A stretch of DNA of 64,000 nucleotides from Balneola sp. (lineage in GTDB: Bacteria; Bacteroidota; Rhodothermia; Balneolales; Balneolaceae): the NCBI GenBank assembly GCA_965222085.1, contig OZ244952.1:895079-959078 (forward strand), given 5' to 3'. Position 1 is the stretch's first letter. Each line of letters starts with the position of its first letter. Made by a program: the position numbers and the translations under genes. A model generated the notes under the pieces. The model was not told the origin of the DNA, did not search any database, and worked only from the letters and a program-made list of their open reading frames with translations. Of the stretch, positions 19,369 to 28,612 are shown one piece after another.

Positions 19369-19809
19369 CTATGGCAATTCATTTAGTATCACCCAATAAA
19401 AACCTATTTCTTTTACGGCTTCCGTAAATGAATTAAATTCTACGGGCTTAACAATGAAACTGTTTACACCAAGTTTATAACCCTCTACCACATCCCGCTC
19501 TTCTTTTGATGAGGTAAGCATGACAATAGGTATATTCTCTGTATCTTTATTTGACCTGACTGCTTTCAAAACTTCCAGGCCGTCTACTTTAGGCATTTTC
19601 AAATCAAGCAGAATTACTCTTGGTTGGTTGAGAACACTTCTTCCTTCAAAATCTCCGGTCCCGAACAAAAATTCTAGTGCCTCTTCCCCGTCTTTTAAGC
19701 GTGTTACTTTGTTACTTATATTATTTTTCTTGAGGGATCGAAGCGCCATTTCTGCGTCATGATCATTATCCTCAACCAGTAAAATCTCTACTGTTTTATT
19801 TACATCCAT
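19369..19809 (-). CDS. Single-domain response regulator
   Basis: ILLVEDNDHD, VILLDLKMPKVDG, LTSS and K in VKP. Confidence 0.9.
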   Translation of the reverse strand: MDVNKTVEILLVEDNDHDAEMALRSLKKNNISNKVTRLKDGEEALEFLFGTGDFEGRSVLNQPRVILLDLKMPKVDGLEVLKAVRSNKDTENIPIVMLTSSKEERDVVEGYKLGVNSFIVKPVEFNSFTEAVKEIGFYWVILNELP

Positions 19810-19834
19810 TCTTCTTTAATTGATTGTTATTATG

Positions 19835-22780
19835 TTAACTGTTTGGCATCGAAAAGAAAAATGTTGAGCCTTTTCCTTCTTCACTTTCTGCCCAAATTTT
19901 TCCTCCATGCTTATTGATTATACGTTTTACAATTGCCAGCCCAACTCCGGTTCCTTCAAACTCATTTTTTGAATGTAGCCGATGAAATACGCCAAATAGC
20001 TTGTCATGGTACTCCATCTTAAATCCCGTTCCATTGTCTTTTACAAAATAAGTAACCTCATTTTCTTCGATTTGATCGAATCCTATGTTTATAATTATTT
20101 TATCTTCTTTTGATGAATACTTAAATGCGTTTGATACAAGGTTAACTACTACCTGTTTTATTAAAGCTACATCACCCATCGCATTAGGAAGGGTGTTTAT
20201 ATTCAAATCTATTTGTTTGTTAGAATATGTACCTGTTTCTACTTCACAAACATTCTCAAAAAGTTTAGTCATATTTATCTCTGACTTCTGAAGTTTCTTT
20301 TTGCCTAATCTGGAAAACTCCAGCATATCGTCAATCAGTTGCCCCATGGTTACTGCACTTTCTTTAACCACACCCATCAATCTTTTACCTTCCTCATCCA
20401 ATTGTCCGGAGTGGTCTTCCAGAATAATATCAGAAAACCCATTTATTGATCGAAGTGGTGCTCTGAGATCATGTGAAATTGAATAACTGAATGACTCCAG
20501 TTCCTTGTTCACCTGCTCGAGATTCTCAGCTTGCTTCCTTATTTGTTGTGTTCTTGCCTCAATTTCGTTTTCAAGCTCTTCTGTATACTCAACTTCTTTA
20601 GTAATATCAGAAACATATAAAATCATACCTCCAATTTCTCCTTCAGCATTATACCAGGGAATGGCCTTCCAACTTATCCATACTTCCGAGTTGTCGGTTC
20701 TTGTAAACTGATCTTTTCCTTTAGACAACTCCTCTCCTGCTAATACCCGCTTATGAATAGCCAACCAATCTTCTCTTTTCTTAACCTGCGGAAGCACATC
20801 ATAGTGGGATTTACCTATGATCTTTTCTCCTTCAATCTTGTTGTGCTCATACCATTTGTTACTCACGGTAATGTACTTCATGTTCTTATCGAACATAGCA
20901 ACCGCGGCAGGAGCCTGCTCCACAAAACTTCTTAATTGAGATTCTTGACGTTTAAGATTCTCAACCATTTCATTTCGATCAGTAATATCCATATTGATAC
21001 CAATCATCTGTACAGGATTGCCATCCTCATCCCGGACAATATCTCCCCTTCCGCTTAATATAATTTCACTCCCATTCCCTTTATTGAATCTGAATTGAAT
21101 ATCAAATCTTTCATCAGTTTCAATTGATTTTTGGGTGGCTTCCACTACATAATCCAGATCATCAGGATGAATCATAGCACTAAATTTCTCAAAAGTGGGC
21201 TCAAAATCTTTCGTCACACCAAAAACTTCGTACGCCTGATCATTCCATTCCAGTTCGTTGGTTTTCATATCCCAAATCCAGATGGCTATCTGTCCGGCTT
21301 CCACTGATAAATGCAGTTTCTCATAGGTCTCATCCAGTTCCAAAGTTTTTCTCTTCGTCTCATCAATGTCCATGAATAATCCACGCAGACCTGTTAACTG
21401 TCCATCTTCAAAAACCGGATGTCCTATAGCTCTTACCCAGATCTCCCTGCCTGTTTTTGTTAACAGAATACACTCCTCATCCCAGGAATTTTTGTTCTCA
21501 ATGGCATTATCAATTGCTTTTTGAATTACGGGTCTGAAATCTTCTCTGTAAAAATTTATTCCGTCCTCCACCTTTATTAGCGTCCCTGGTTCTACCTCAT
21601 GAATTCTGTATACCTCATCCGACCAAAATGCTGTCATTGTTCCCAAGTCAACTTCCCAGGAACCAATTTTCGCTGCTTTTTGAGTTTCTGACAATAATTC
21701 AATGCCTCTTTGAATTTCTTCGTTACTAGATTCAAGATCTTGTTCAACTTTCTTTCTTTCATCAATATCAATAATAGACCCAACCATTCTTACCGGATTA
21801 CCATCTGTATCAAAACTGGCCTGTCCTACTGTTTCAAACCATCGATGCTCACCGGATTTGTTCTTCATTCTTATTTGAACCTTATAAGGGGCTCCCGTTT
21901 TCAAGTGTTCTTCAACAGCATCCACAACCTTTTCTTTATCATCCCGGTGCAACAAAATATTAAGGAATGTATTGTAACTGGCTTGAATCTCTCCATCCTG
22001 ATAACCAAGCAATTCATAAAATCTGGGTGACCACCATTCACTGTTATCCTCTAAATACCAATCCCAGATTCCGGCATTTATGGCTTTTAGAGACAAATCA
22101 AACCGTTGAACATATTCGAACAAATCACCCTTGGAGTCTGACAATTCCTGCACTGTCTTTTCAAGTTCTTCATTTTTATTTTCTATCCTAGCCAAGAATA
22201 TTCTGAAGATCAGATATATTTCGCCTCCCAAAATGAATAATGAAAACAGCCCCAATATTACTTCAAGTCGTATTAGCAAACGAACGGATTCATTGGAAAT
22301 AGTTTCAAAAACTTTCACTATTTCATCCATCTTTGCTAGAAATTGCTCCTCGTGACTTCGGATAACAGGAATAGCTTTAGTTAGCTCCTCTCTGCTGTTA
22401 AAGTCACCAAGCGAATTTTTTATTGCTTCATAATGAGGTTCTGTTTCGGAGAAAAGAGTTTGAATCAACTGATTCTTGTTGGCTTTAATATCTAATTCTT
22501 CACTTCCGTTTTTTAACCCTTCATGGGTAGAAGACCAAACTTCTACGTCTTTTTTTAAAGCTTCTAGTTCAATATCAGTATTCTCAGCCAGATAAACGGT
22601 TTTAGCTATTTTCTGACTGAGCATTCGTTGTCTTCCCGCTAAATTAATTACTGTAGCATCATCCCTTTTTTCATCTAAGATTTTCTGGATTAGTAATTGA
22701 TTGGATATGATCAATATAATGAGTGTGGAAACAGCTATTATACTAATGCTTTTCACAGAAAGCCTATCTATTATATTCAA
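19835..22780 (-). CDS. Multi-PAS sensor histidine kinase with a PilJ/NarX-type N-terminal sensor
   Basis: NLAGRQRMLSQKIAK, several PAS/PAC repeats, the H-box SYSISHDLRAPLRS, and an HATPase domain (DNGTGF, GTGVGLAIVKRI). Confidence 0.9.
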   Translation of the reverse strand: MNIIDRLSVKSISIIAVSTLIILIISNQLLIQKILDEKRDDATVINLAGRQRMLSQKIAKTVYLAENTDIELEALKKDVEVWSSTHEGLKNGSEELDIKANKNQLIQTLFSETEPHYEAIKNSLGDFNSREELTKAIPVIRSHEEQFLAKMDEIVKVFETISNESVRLLIRLEVILGLFSLFILGGEIYLIFRIFLARIENKNEELEKTVQELSDSKGDLFEYVQRFDLSLKAINAGIWDWYLEDNSEWWSPRFYELLGYQDGEIQASYNTFLNILLHRDDKEKVVDAVEEHLKTGAPYKVQIRMKNKSGEHRWFETVGQASFDTDGNPVRMVGSIIDIDERKKVEQDLESSNEEIQRGIELLSETQKAAKIGSWEVDLGTMTAFWSDEVYRIHEVEPGTLIKVEDGINFYREDFRPVIQKAIDNAIENKNSWDEECILLTKTGREIWVRAIGHPVFEDGQLTGLRGLFMDIDETKRKTLELDETYEKLHLSVEAGQIAIWIWDMKTNELEWNDQAYEVFGVTKDFEPTFEKFSAMIHPDDLDYVVEATQKSIETDERFDIQFRFNKGNGSEIILSGRGDIVRDEDGNPVQMIGINMDITDRNEMVENLKRQESQLRSFVEQAPAAVAMFDKNMKYITVSNKWYEHNKIEGEKIIGKSHYDVLPQVKKREDWLAIHKRVLAGEELSKGKDQFTRTDNSEVWISWKAIPWYNAEGEIGGMILYVSDITKEVEYTEELENEIEARTQQIRKQAENLEQVNKELESFSYSISHDLRAPLRSINGFSDIILEDHSGQLDEEGKRLMGVVKESAVTMGQLIDDMLEFSRLGKKKLQKSEINMTKLFENVCEVETGTYSNKQIDLNINTLPNAMGDVALIKQVVVNLVSNAFKYSSKEDKIIINIGFDQIEENEVTYFVKDNGTGFKMEYHDKLFGVFHRLHSKNEFEGTGVGLAIVKRIINKHGGKIWAESEEGKGSTFFFSMPNS

Positions 22781-23331
22781 AGCACTCTCCTGGTTGTTAA
22801 ATAGGTATCATTCCAGTATCTCTCCTGAAGTGCTGATATCATCACACCTGAACTTGTTGATGCATGCATGAATTGTTGGTCATTAATCATAACCCCGGCG
22901 TGCATTGTTTTTCTACCCGTTTTAAAAAACACTAAATCTCCGATTTTGATATTATTTTTCTTAACCGACTTCCCCACTTTCATTTGATCGACAGTTACAC
23001 GCGGGAGCTTAACATCAAAATAATCAGCAAATACGATTTGAAGGAAGGCCGAACAATCCACACCGTCATATCCATTTCCACCCAACAGATACGGCACACC
23101 TTTCCAATCTTTGAAAGCTTCATCTAACTTACTTCTGAGTTTTTTCTCATCATTCGATAACGCTCTTGACTCTATTGTGGCAACAGAAATAGCTGCTTCA
23201 GGTCTTACCGGTTGTTCAATTTTTTCTGCTTCTATTTTTTTAGCACGTTCTTCCCACGGAATCGCACCTCGTTTAACCATTCCGCATGCAGCAAAAAGTA
23301 CCCACAATAGTAAAAGATGCTTAACTGACAT
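22777..23331 (-). CDS. NlpC/P60 (C40) peptidase lipoprotein
   Basis: Lipobox LFAACG, the catalytic Cys context GVDCSAFLQIVF, and H in HAGVMI. It overlaps the kinase start by 4 nt. Confidence 0.85.
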   Translation of the reverse strand: MSVKHLLLLWVLFAACGMVKRGAIPWEERAKKIEAEKIEQPVRPEAAISVATIESRALSNDEKKLRSKLDEAFKDWKGVPYLLGGNGYDGVDCSAFLQIVFADYFDVKLPRVTVDQMKVGKSVKKNNIKIGDLVFFKTGRKTMHAGVMINDQQFMHASTSSGVMISALQERYWNDTYLTTRRVL

Positions 23332-23422
23332 TCGACGTCTTTAGATGAAAAAGCTGAATTTAAATCATTATCTTAAGTTAGTACAAATGAACTAAAAATT
23401 TACCCTAAATTAAAGCAATTTA

Positions 23423-24142
23423 ATGTATTTACTGGTTAATATAGATCATGTTGCAACTTTAAGAAACGCAAGAGGAGAAGGTTATCCAAGTCCTATTGTG
23501 GCAGCTCAGATATGCGAGAAAGCCGGAGCCAAAGGTATTGTTTTTCATTTAAGAGGAGATCGAAGACACATTAAAGACGAAGATGTGGTTGCTTTAAAAG
23601 AATCAGTTTCGGGAAAATTGGATTTTGAAATGGCAGCCTCTGATGAAATGATATCTATTCTAAAAGAAATAGATCCTCATCTCTGTACCTTAGTTCCGGA
23701 AGGACGCGAAGAGCTTACTACCGAAGGCGGACTTAATATGAATGTGGTCTTTGATGATTTTAAAGAGCGTGTTTTTCCATCTATTCGGGAAACAGATATT
23801 GAAATAAGTCTATTTCTGGATCCCAACCCTGAAGATATCAATCTGGCTTTCGAATTAGGAACAGATGCTATCGAATTACATACCGGAAATTATGCGAACG
23901 CTCCCTCATCCGGAGAAGCAGATCACGAACTGGAAAGATTAAAGAAAGCAGCTGTACAAGCTCATGAACTTGGTATAAAAGTAAATGCAGGACATGGGTT
24001 GAATCAAAAAAACCTTCCAAAGTTTATATCCACTGTGCCACATCTGAACGAAATCAGTATTGGACACGCTTTGATAAGCGACGCTGTATTTGATGGATTA
24101 GAAACTACAGTTAAGAATTATTTGAGGATTATAGGGAGATGA
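23423..24142 (+). CDS. pdxJ: Pyridoxine 5'-phosphate synthase
   Basis: LVNIDHVATLRNARG, HLRGDRRHI and ELHTG. Confidence 0.95.
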   Translation: MYLLVNIDHVATLRNARGEGYPSPIVAAQICEKAGAKGIVFHLRGDRRHIKDEDVVALKESVSGKLDFEMAASDEMISILKEIDPHLCTLVPEGREELTTEGGLNMNVVFDDFKERVFPSIRETDIEISLFLDPNPEDINLAFELGTDAIELHTGNYANAPSSGEADHELERLKKAAVQAHELGIKVNAGHGLNQKNLPKFISTVPHLNEISIGHALISDAVFDGLETTVKNYLRIIGR

Positions 24143-25026
24143 GTGACACAAACACCCCACACAAATCAGGATATGTAGCGATAGTTGGAAAACCCAATGC
24201 CGGGAAGTCGACGTTAATGAACCAGATATTGGGAACCAAACTTTCCATTACTACTCACAAAGCTCAAACCACCCGACACCAGATTATTGGAATCCATTCT
24301 GAAGAGAATTCCCAGATCATCTTTCTGGATACACCGGGAATTATTCACCCAAAGTACGAGCTTCAAAAAGCCATGATGCGCTTTGTTGAAAAAGCGGAGA
24401 AAGAAGCCGACGTGATCCTTTTCATAGTTGAGGCAAAAGAAAACAATATGCCGGAGTATGCTTTTGATTCTTTAAAACAGATGAAGAAACCCGTTGTTTT
24501 AGTTATCAACAAAGTAGATGAGTCAAATCAAGAGCAGGTTGAAAAGTTAGCAAAAGATCTCAATGACTATTTCGACTTTAATGACACTGTTTACATCTCA
24601 GCGCTAAATGGCGAAGGCGTTCCCGGACTAATGGAAAGTATTTCCAAACTTCTTTTGCCCGGACCACCGTTTTACCCTAAAGACGAGCTGAGTGAACATC
24701 CTGTTCGATTTTTTGCTGCGGAACTTATCAGAGAACAAGTTTTTCTTCAGTATCATGAAGAACTTCCTTATTCAGCAACTGTGGATGTGATCATCTATGA
24801 AGAACGGGAAGATCTGGATTACATTAATGCCGAAGTGATTGTAAACAGAAATTCTCAAAAAGGAATGATCATTGGTAAAGGCGGACGTGCCATCAAGCAA
24901 CTTGGAACCGCTGCCCGAGAATCCATCGAAGAATTTGTAGGAAGAAAAGTATTCCTTGATCTCCACGTAAAAGTCCGTGATAAATGGAGAGAGAATGAGA
25001 ATATGGTCCGGAATTTCGGGTATTGA
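24139..25026 (+). CDS. era: GTPase Era
   Basis: GKPNAGKSTLMN, DTPG, NKVD and a C-terminal KH domain (IIGKGGRAIK). ATGA overlap with pdxJ. Confidence 0.95.
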   Translation: MSDTNTPHKSGYVAIVGKPNAGKSTLMNQILGTKLSITTHKAQTTRHQIIGIHSEENSQIIFLDTPGIIHPKYELQKAMMRFVEKAEKEADVILFIVEAKENNMPEYAFDSLKQMKKPVVLVINKVDESNQEQVEKLAKDLNDYFDFNDTVYISALNGEGVPGLMESISKLLLPGPPFYPKDELSEHPVRFFAAELIREQVFLQYHEELPYSATVDVIIYEEREDLDYINAEVIVNRNSQKGMIIGKGGRAIKQLGTAARESIEEFVGRKVFLDLHVKVRDKWRENENMVRNFGY

Positions 25027-25143
25027 TTTAAAGAAAACTAGAAGTCTGCAAAAAATCTGTGGCTAAAATTTAAATCCAGATTCCGGCCTTCGTCGCGGAA
25101 ATAGAATTTAGAAATCCTCTCCGCAAATTATCTATTTTCATCT

Positions 25144-26559
25144 TTATTTGATCAGCATCATCTTCTTTGTTTGCATAAAGCTACCTGCCTTTATTCGGTA
25201 AAAATAAAGTCCCGTTGAAAGACCCGATGCATTGAACTCAATTTTATGATTTCCGGCACTCATCCGACCGCTTACCAAGGTTGAAATTTCACGCCCAAGC
25301 AAATTATACACTTTCAGAGTTACCTCTGCTTGTTCAGGAAGCGCAAATTCAATATTCGTACTTGGATTAAATGGATTCGGATAATTTTGTCCCAAACTGA
25401 ATTCTTTTGGCAGACCTAGTTCATCCTCGTTGGACGTCATAATATGATCTAATACCTCTACATATCGTACAACAGATTCTGATGCAAAAGTGCCGGAATA
25501 CACGGTAATTGAGAATTCCTTTAAGGTATCAGCTTTCTCAGAAACTTCATTATTATTGATATAATAAGCCGTTCTTATCGCCTCCTGATAAGTTTCCAGA
25601 GAAGCATTTCCGAATACTTTTATTCCGTTCTCAACAGAATCTATGTCAAGAGAACCCGGATCGTCTATGAATAATGAATCTTCTTCCAGAAAACCTTTCG
25701 ATATTTTTATGATAGCACTGTCAGCTGAAATTTCAGTGCTTGATGAAATACCAAGGTCATCGGCTATTAGCAATTCTGGACTGTCCTGAAAGTATTCTAA
25801 TGTATCCGTTGATTCAAACGTTAAGCTGGCCACTTCTGATAAATTAAAAACTTCAGGAGAATACATTCCCCATACGCTATCTGCATTCATAACTCTCACA
25901 TACAAAACCTGATCTCCGATCGGAAGGTTAGTTGATGGGATTGTAAACGTGGTTTCAATATCAGCTCCTGCATTAACAGAAATGGGAGTAGCAGCCGCAA
26001 AACCGGGATCGGTATTAAAGAAATATTCGGCAGAAATAATGTTGCTGACCCAAACAGGATCACTTTGATCGACCAGGATAAGTTTTTTGATGGGCATACC
26101 CCAATTTCCATCTGTAAATTTTGCTCTGATAAAAATTGTATGCAAACCCACAGATAATCCCTCAGTACTAAGCATTGCTTCTTTATCGATTTGTCCGGCA
26201 GCAGTAATTGAAATAGAAGTTCCATTGCCAAAACCCGGATCTTCGTCAAAGAAATATTCTAAGGCTTCTATTTCTCTTACTTCTCCCTGATCCACCAAAA
26301 TGAGTTTTTTGATGGTTAATCCCCATTCGTCATCGCTGTTTTTTGCCCGAATAAAAAGTGTGTGTAATCCCTTGGAAAGCGACGAAGTCATAATGGATCC
26401 GTTGTAATTCACTTCACCGTCTACTTCTGTTACAGAGATAGAATTACCGTTTCCAAAACCCGGATCAGCATCAAAAAAATATTCCAATTCTGTTACTGAT
26501 TGCGCCATTAGTGGTGAAACTAAGAGCATCACCAATAATACGTTTGCAAGAAACTTCAC
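25144..26559 (-). CDS. T9SS C-terminal-sorting-domain secreted protein with three internal repeats
   Basis: Signal peptide. The C-terminal ~80 aa (NYPNPFNPSTNIEF...GLYFYRIKAG...KKMMLIK) is a Por/T9SS secretion tail. Confidence 0.85.
   Translation of the reverse strand: MKFLANVLLVMLLVSPLMAQSVTELEYFFDADPGFGNGNSISVTEVDGEVNYNGSIMTSSLSKGLHTLFIRAKNSDDEWGLTIKKLILVDQGEVREIEALEYFFDEDPGFGNGTSISITAAGQIDKEAMLSTEGLSVGLHTIFIRAKFTDGNWGMPIKKLILVDQSDPVWVSNIISAEYFFNTDPGFAAATPISVNAGADIETTFTIPSTNLPIGDQVLYVRVMNADSVWGMYSPEVFNLSEVASLTFESTDTLEYFQDSPELLIADDLGISSSTEISADSAIIKISKGFLEEDSLFIDDPGSLDIDSVENGIKVFGNASLETYQEAIRTAYYINNNEVSEKADTLKEFSITVYSGTFASESVVRYVEVLDHIMTSNEDELGLPKEFSLGQNYPNPFNPSTNIEFALPEQAEVTLKVYNLLGREISTLVSGRMSAGNHKIEFNASGLSTGLYFYRIKAGSFMQTKKMMLIK
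25846..26490 (-). repeat. Three tandem ~70-75-aa coding repeats (LEYFFDxDPGFGNGxSISV...LHTxFIRAK...W)
   Basis: Repeat units start at aa 24, 99 and 177 of the 471-aa protein, as read from the translation. Confidence 0.8.
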
Positions 26560-26562
26560 GAC

Positions 26563-27618
26563 TTAATTCCCTTTTGCTTTGATGGTAACTTCGATGTCCT
26601 CACCGGCCTTGATTTCATCTGGGATTATAATGTCATACACAAATGGTAAAGAGAATATGGAATTAGAATAAGTACCTACACCACCCGACGGACCAATATG
26701 AGTTCCGTCTGTACCTGCATTAAGCAAGCTGCTAAGCTTTGGAGTCACATCCCAATTCATATCGAATACATTTGTACTATTTGAAACGGCAGTATCTGCA
26801 AAAATATCAGTTGGGTTCAGAGCTTCATTAACTACATTATCCTCTCCGAAATTAGAACCATCATTCAGAGGTAGAGTTATATCGAAGAAGTTATTCAGAA
26901 AAGTATTGTTGTTGTCTGCTATTTCCTGGATTTGAGCATCCGCGTATTGATAGCGTTGTGTTTTAAGGAAAATATTGTTTTTGAAGGTACTGTTATGGAT
27001 TGATCTTACGGTGAAGTCAAAAAATATACTATTATGGAAATTTCCATTTATAATATCTTTATAGTCAGAAATCGAAGAACCTGCCGGATTGATAATACAA
27101 CGACGAAAAATAATTGCCGTATTATCAGAATTGCTAAGACTGAAACTTTCGATATACGAGTGAGAAACTGTAAGCCCCTGAACAAAGCTAGCATTTATAC
27201 TTCCTACCACAGAACCATTTACAACAATAGTAGACGAAGGATCTGTGGTATTGGCATTATCAAGAGAGAGATTGTTTATTTGCAACCCCTTAAATACCAG
27301 ATTCGATGAATTATCAACATCAATTGTTCCTAGTTCTGAACCATAATTAAAGTTCTTATTTATGGCGGAAGTATTATAGCCCAACCCTACAAAAGTGAGT
27401 TCTTCCCGATCTTCAATATCCACATTCCCATAACTATTAGGACTTGGCAAAACATAAATAATATCCCCGGCTACTGCGGCATCTATGGCTTCCTGTAAAT
27501 CTGAGTAATAATTTGAGCCCGAAGGATTTGCTTCTGTATTATCAACCATTAAGATATTCTGTGCAGTTGTAATTTGAGTTGTAAATCCAGCAATGAGTAA
27601 AAAGAGAAATTTTTTCAT
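26563..27618 (-). CDS. Secreted protein of unknown function, probably a right-handed beta-helix
   Basis: Signal peptide MKKFLFLLIAGFTTQITTAQN begins at the internal ATG at 27618 (the ORF track starts at 27672). The sequence is Asn/Ser-rich and periodic. Confidence 0.55.
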   Translation of the reverse strand: MKKFLFLLIAGFTTQITTAQNILMVDNTEANPSGSNYYSDLQEAIDAAVAGDIIYVLPSPNSYGNVDIEDREELTFVGLGYNTSAINKNFNYGSELGTIDVDNSSNLVFKGLQINNLSLDNANTTDPSSTIVVNGSVVGSINASFVQGLTVSHSYIESFSLSNSDNTAIIFRRCIINPAGSSISDYKDIINGNFHNSIFFDFTVRSIHNSTFKNNIFLKTQRYQYADAQIQEIADNNNTFLNNFFDITLPLNDGSNFGEDNVVNEALNPTDIFADTAVSNSTNVFDMNWDVTPKLSSLLNAGTDGTHIGPSGGVGTYSNSIFSLPFVYDIIIPDEIKAGEDIEVTIKAKGN

Positions 27619-27685
27619 GATGTCTTTTTGTTTATTAAAATATTCGATTCCAACATCGCTGTAAATCCCCACTTCTGGTGATTTT

Positions 27686-28390
27686 TCAAATCAGTTCGAA
27701 AGCCATTGCAAATTGAACCAATCCCGCCGTGGTCGGTATCCCCGTTTTTTTCTTAATATTCTTGCGATGACTTTTCACTGTTTCCAAGGTGATAAACAGC
27801 TGTCCCGAAATATCTTTGTTGCTAAATCCCTGAGCTATCTTTGCCAGCACTTGTCTTTCTCTTCTGGTAAGCGACCGGAATTCGTCAAAATGCTTTCTCA
27901 CGTACATCTCCTCTCCTGCTATACGCTCTATTCTGCGTGTTACCGAATCTATCCCTGAGATCGGATTTGATGAAGTGAGTAATAAATTATGCTTTTTGAA
28001 AGGTTTACAAACAGTAAAAAAGGTATCGTATTCTCCGGTTCTGGGATTACGGATTTTTTGGAATTCGGCATGAAGCTGATCATCATCGGCTTTTTCATAA
28101 AATTCAAGGAACCTTGGTCCTACATATTTCAAGCTATCCGGATGAATGTTCTTTTCAAAATACTCGAAACCCATATTATTGATCTCTTCTTTAGAAAGCA
28201 GCCCCCATTCTTCTCCGGATTTATTCAAATGACCGATAGTGAGATCTCTTTTATCATTTACATGAAATATACCCGGCATCAGATCAACCAACTCCTGAAG
28301 GGAATCGAAGTTTTTCCGGAAAAGCTTATCTAAAATATATAAGCTTTGAACCTGTGTCTTCAGAATTTCGGTTTCTGTTCTGTACCCCAT
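27686..28390 (-). CDS. LuxR-family transcriptional regulator
   Basis: C-terminal HTH LTRRERQVLAKIAQGFSNKDISGQLFITLETVKSHRKNIKKK, with a PAS-like N-terminal domain. Confidence 0.85.
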   Translation of the reverse strand: MGYRTETEILKTQVQSLYILDKLFRKNFDSLQELVDLMPGIFHVNDKRDLTIGHLNKSGEEWGLLSKEEINNMGFEYFEKNIHPDSLKYVGPRFLEFYEKADDDQLHAEFQKIRNPRTGEYDTFFTVCKPFKKHNLLLTSSNPISGIDSVTRRIERIAGEEMYVRKHFDEFRSLTRRERQVLAKIAQGFSNKDISGQLFITLETVKSHRKNIKKKTGIPTTAGLVQFAMAFELI

Positions 28391-28612
28391 AATATACTTT
28401 TCTCAACCCATAAATCTGTTTACAAAATAGGACAAAAAGCGAAATTGTCAAGCCGTAAGTACCTGTAAGCGTATGCGAGCCATACAAAAAAGAAGAAATC
28501 ATCTTTCATAAACTCTGAAGCTCGATTTTAATGTATTGATTTAACATTCCTGTAACTGATTTTTACAACTGATAGAAGTAAACTCTGCTTCAACTTTAAA
28601 ATCAGGGTTATT

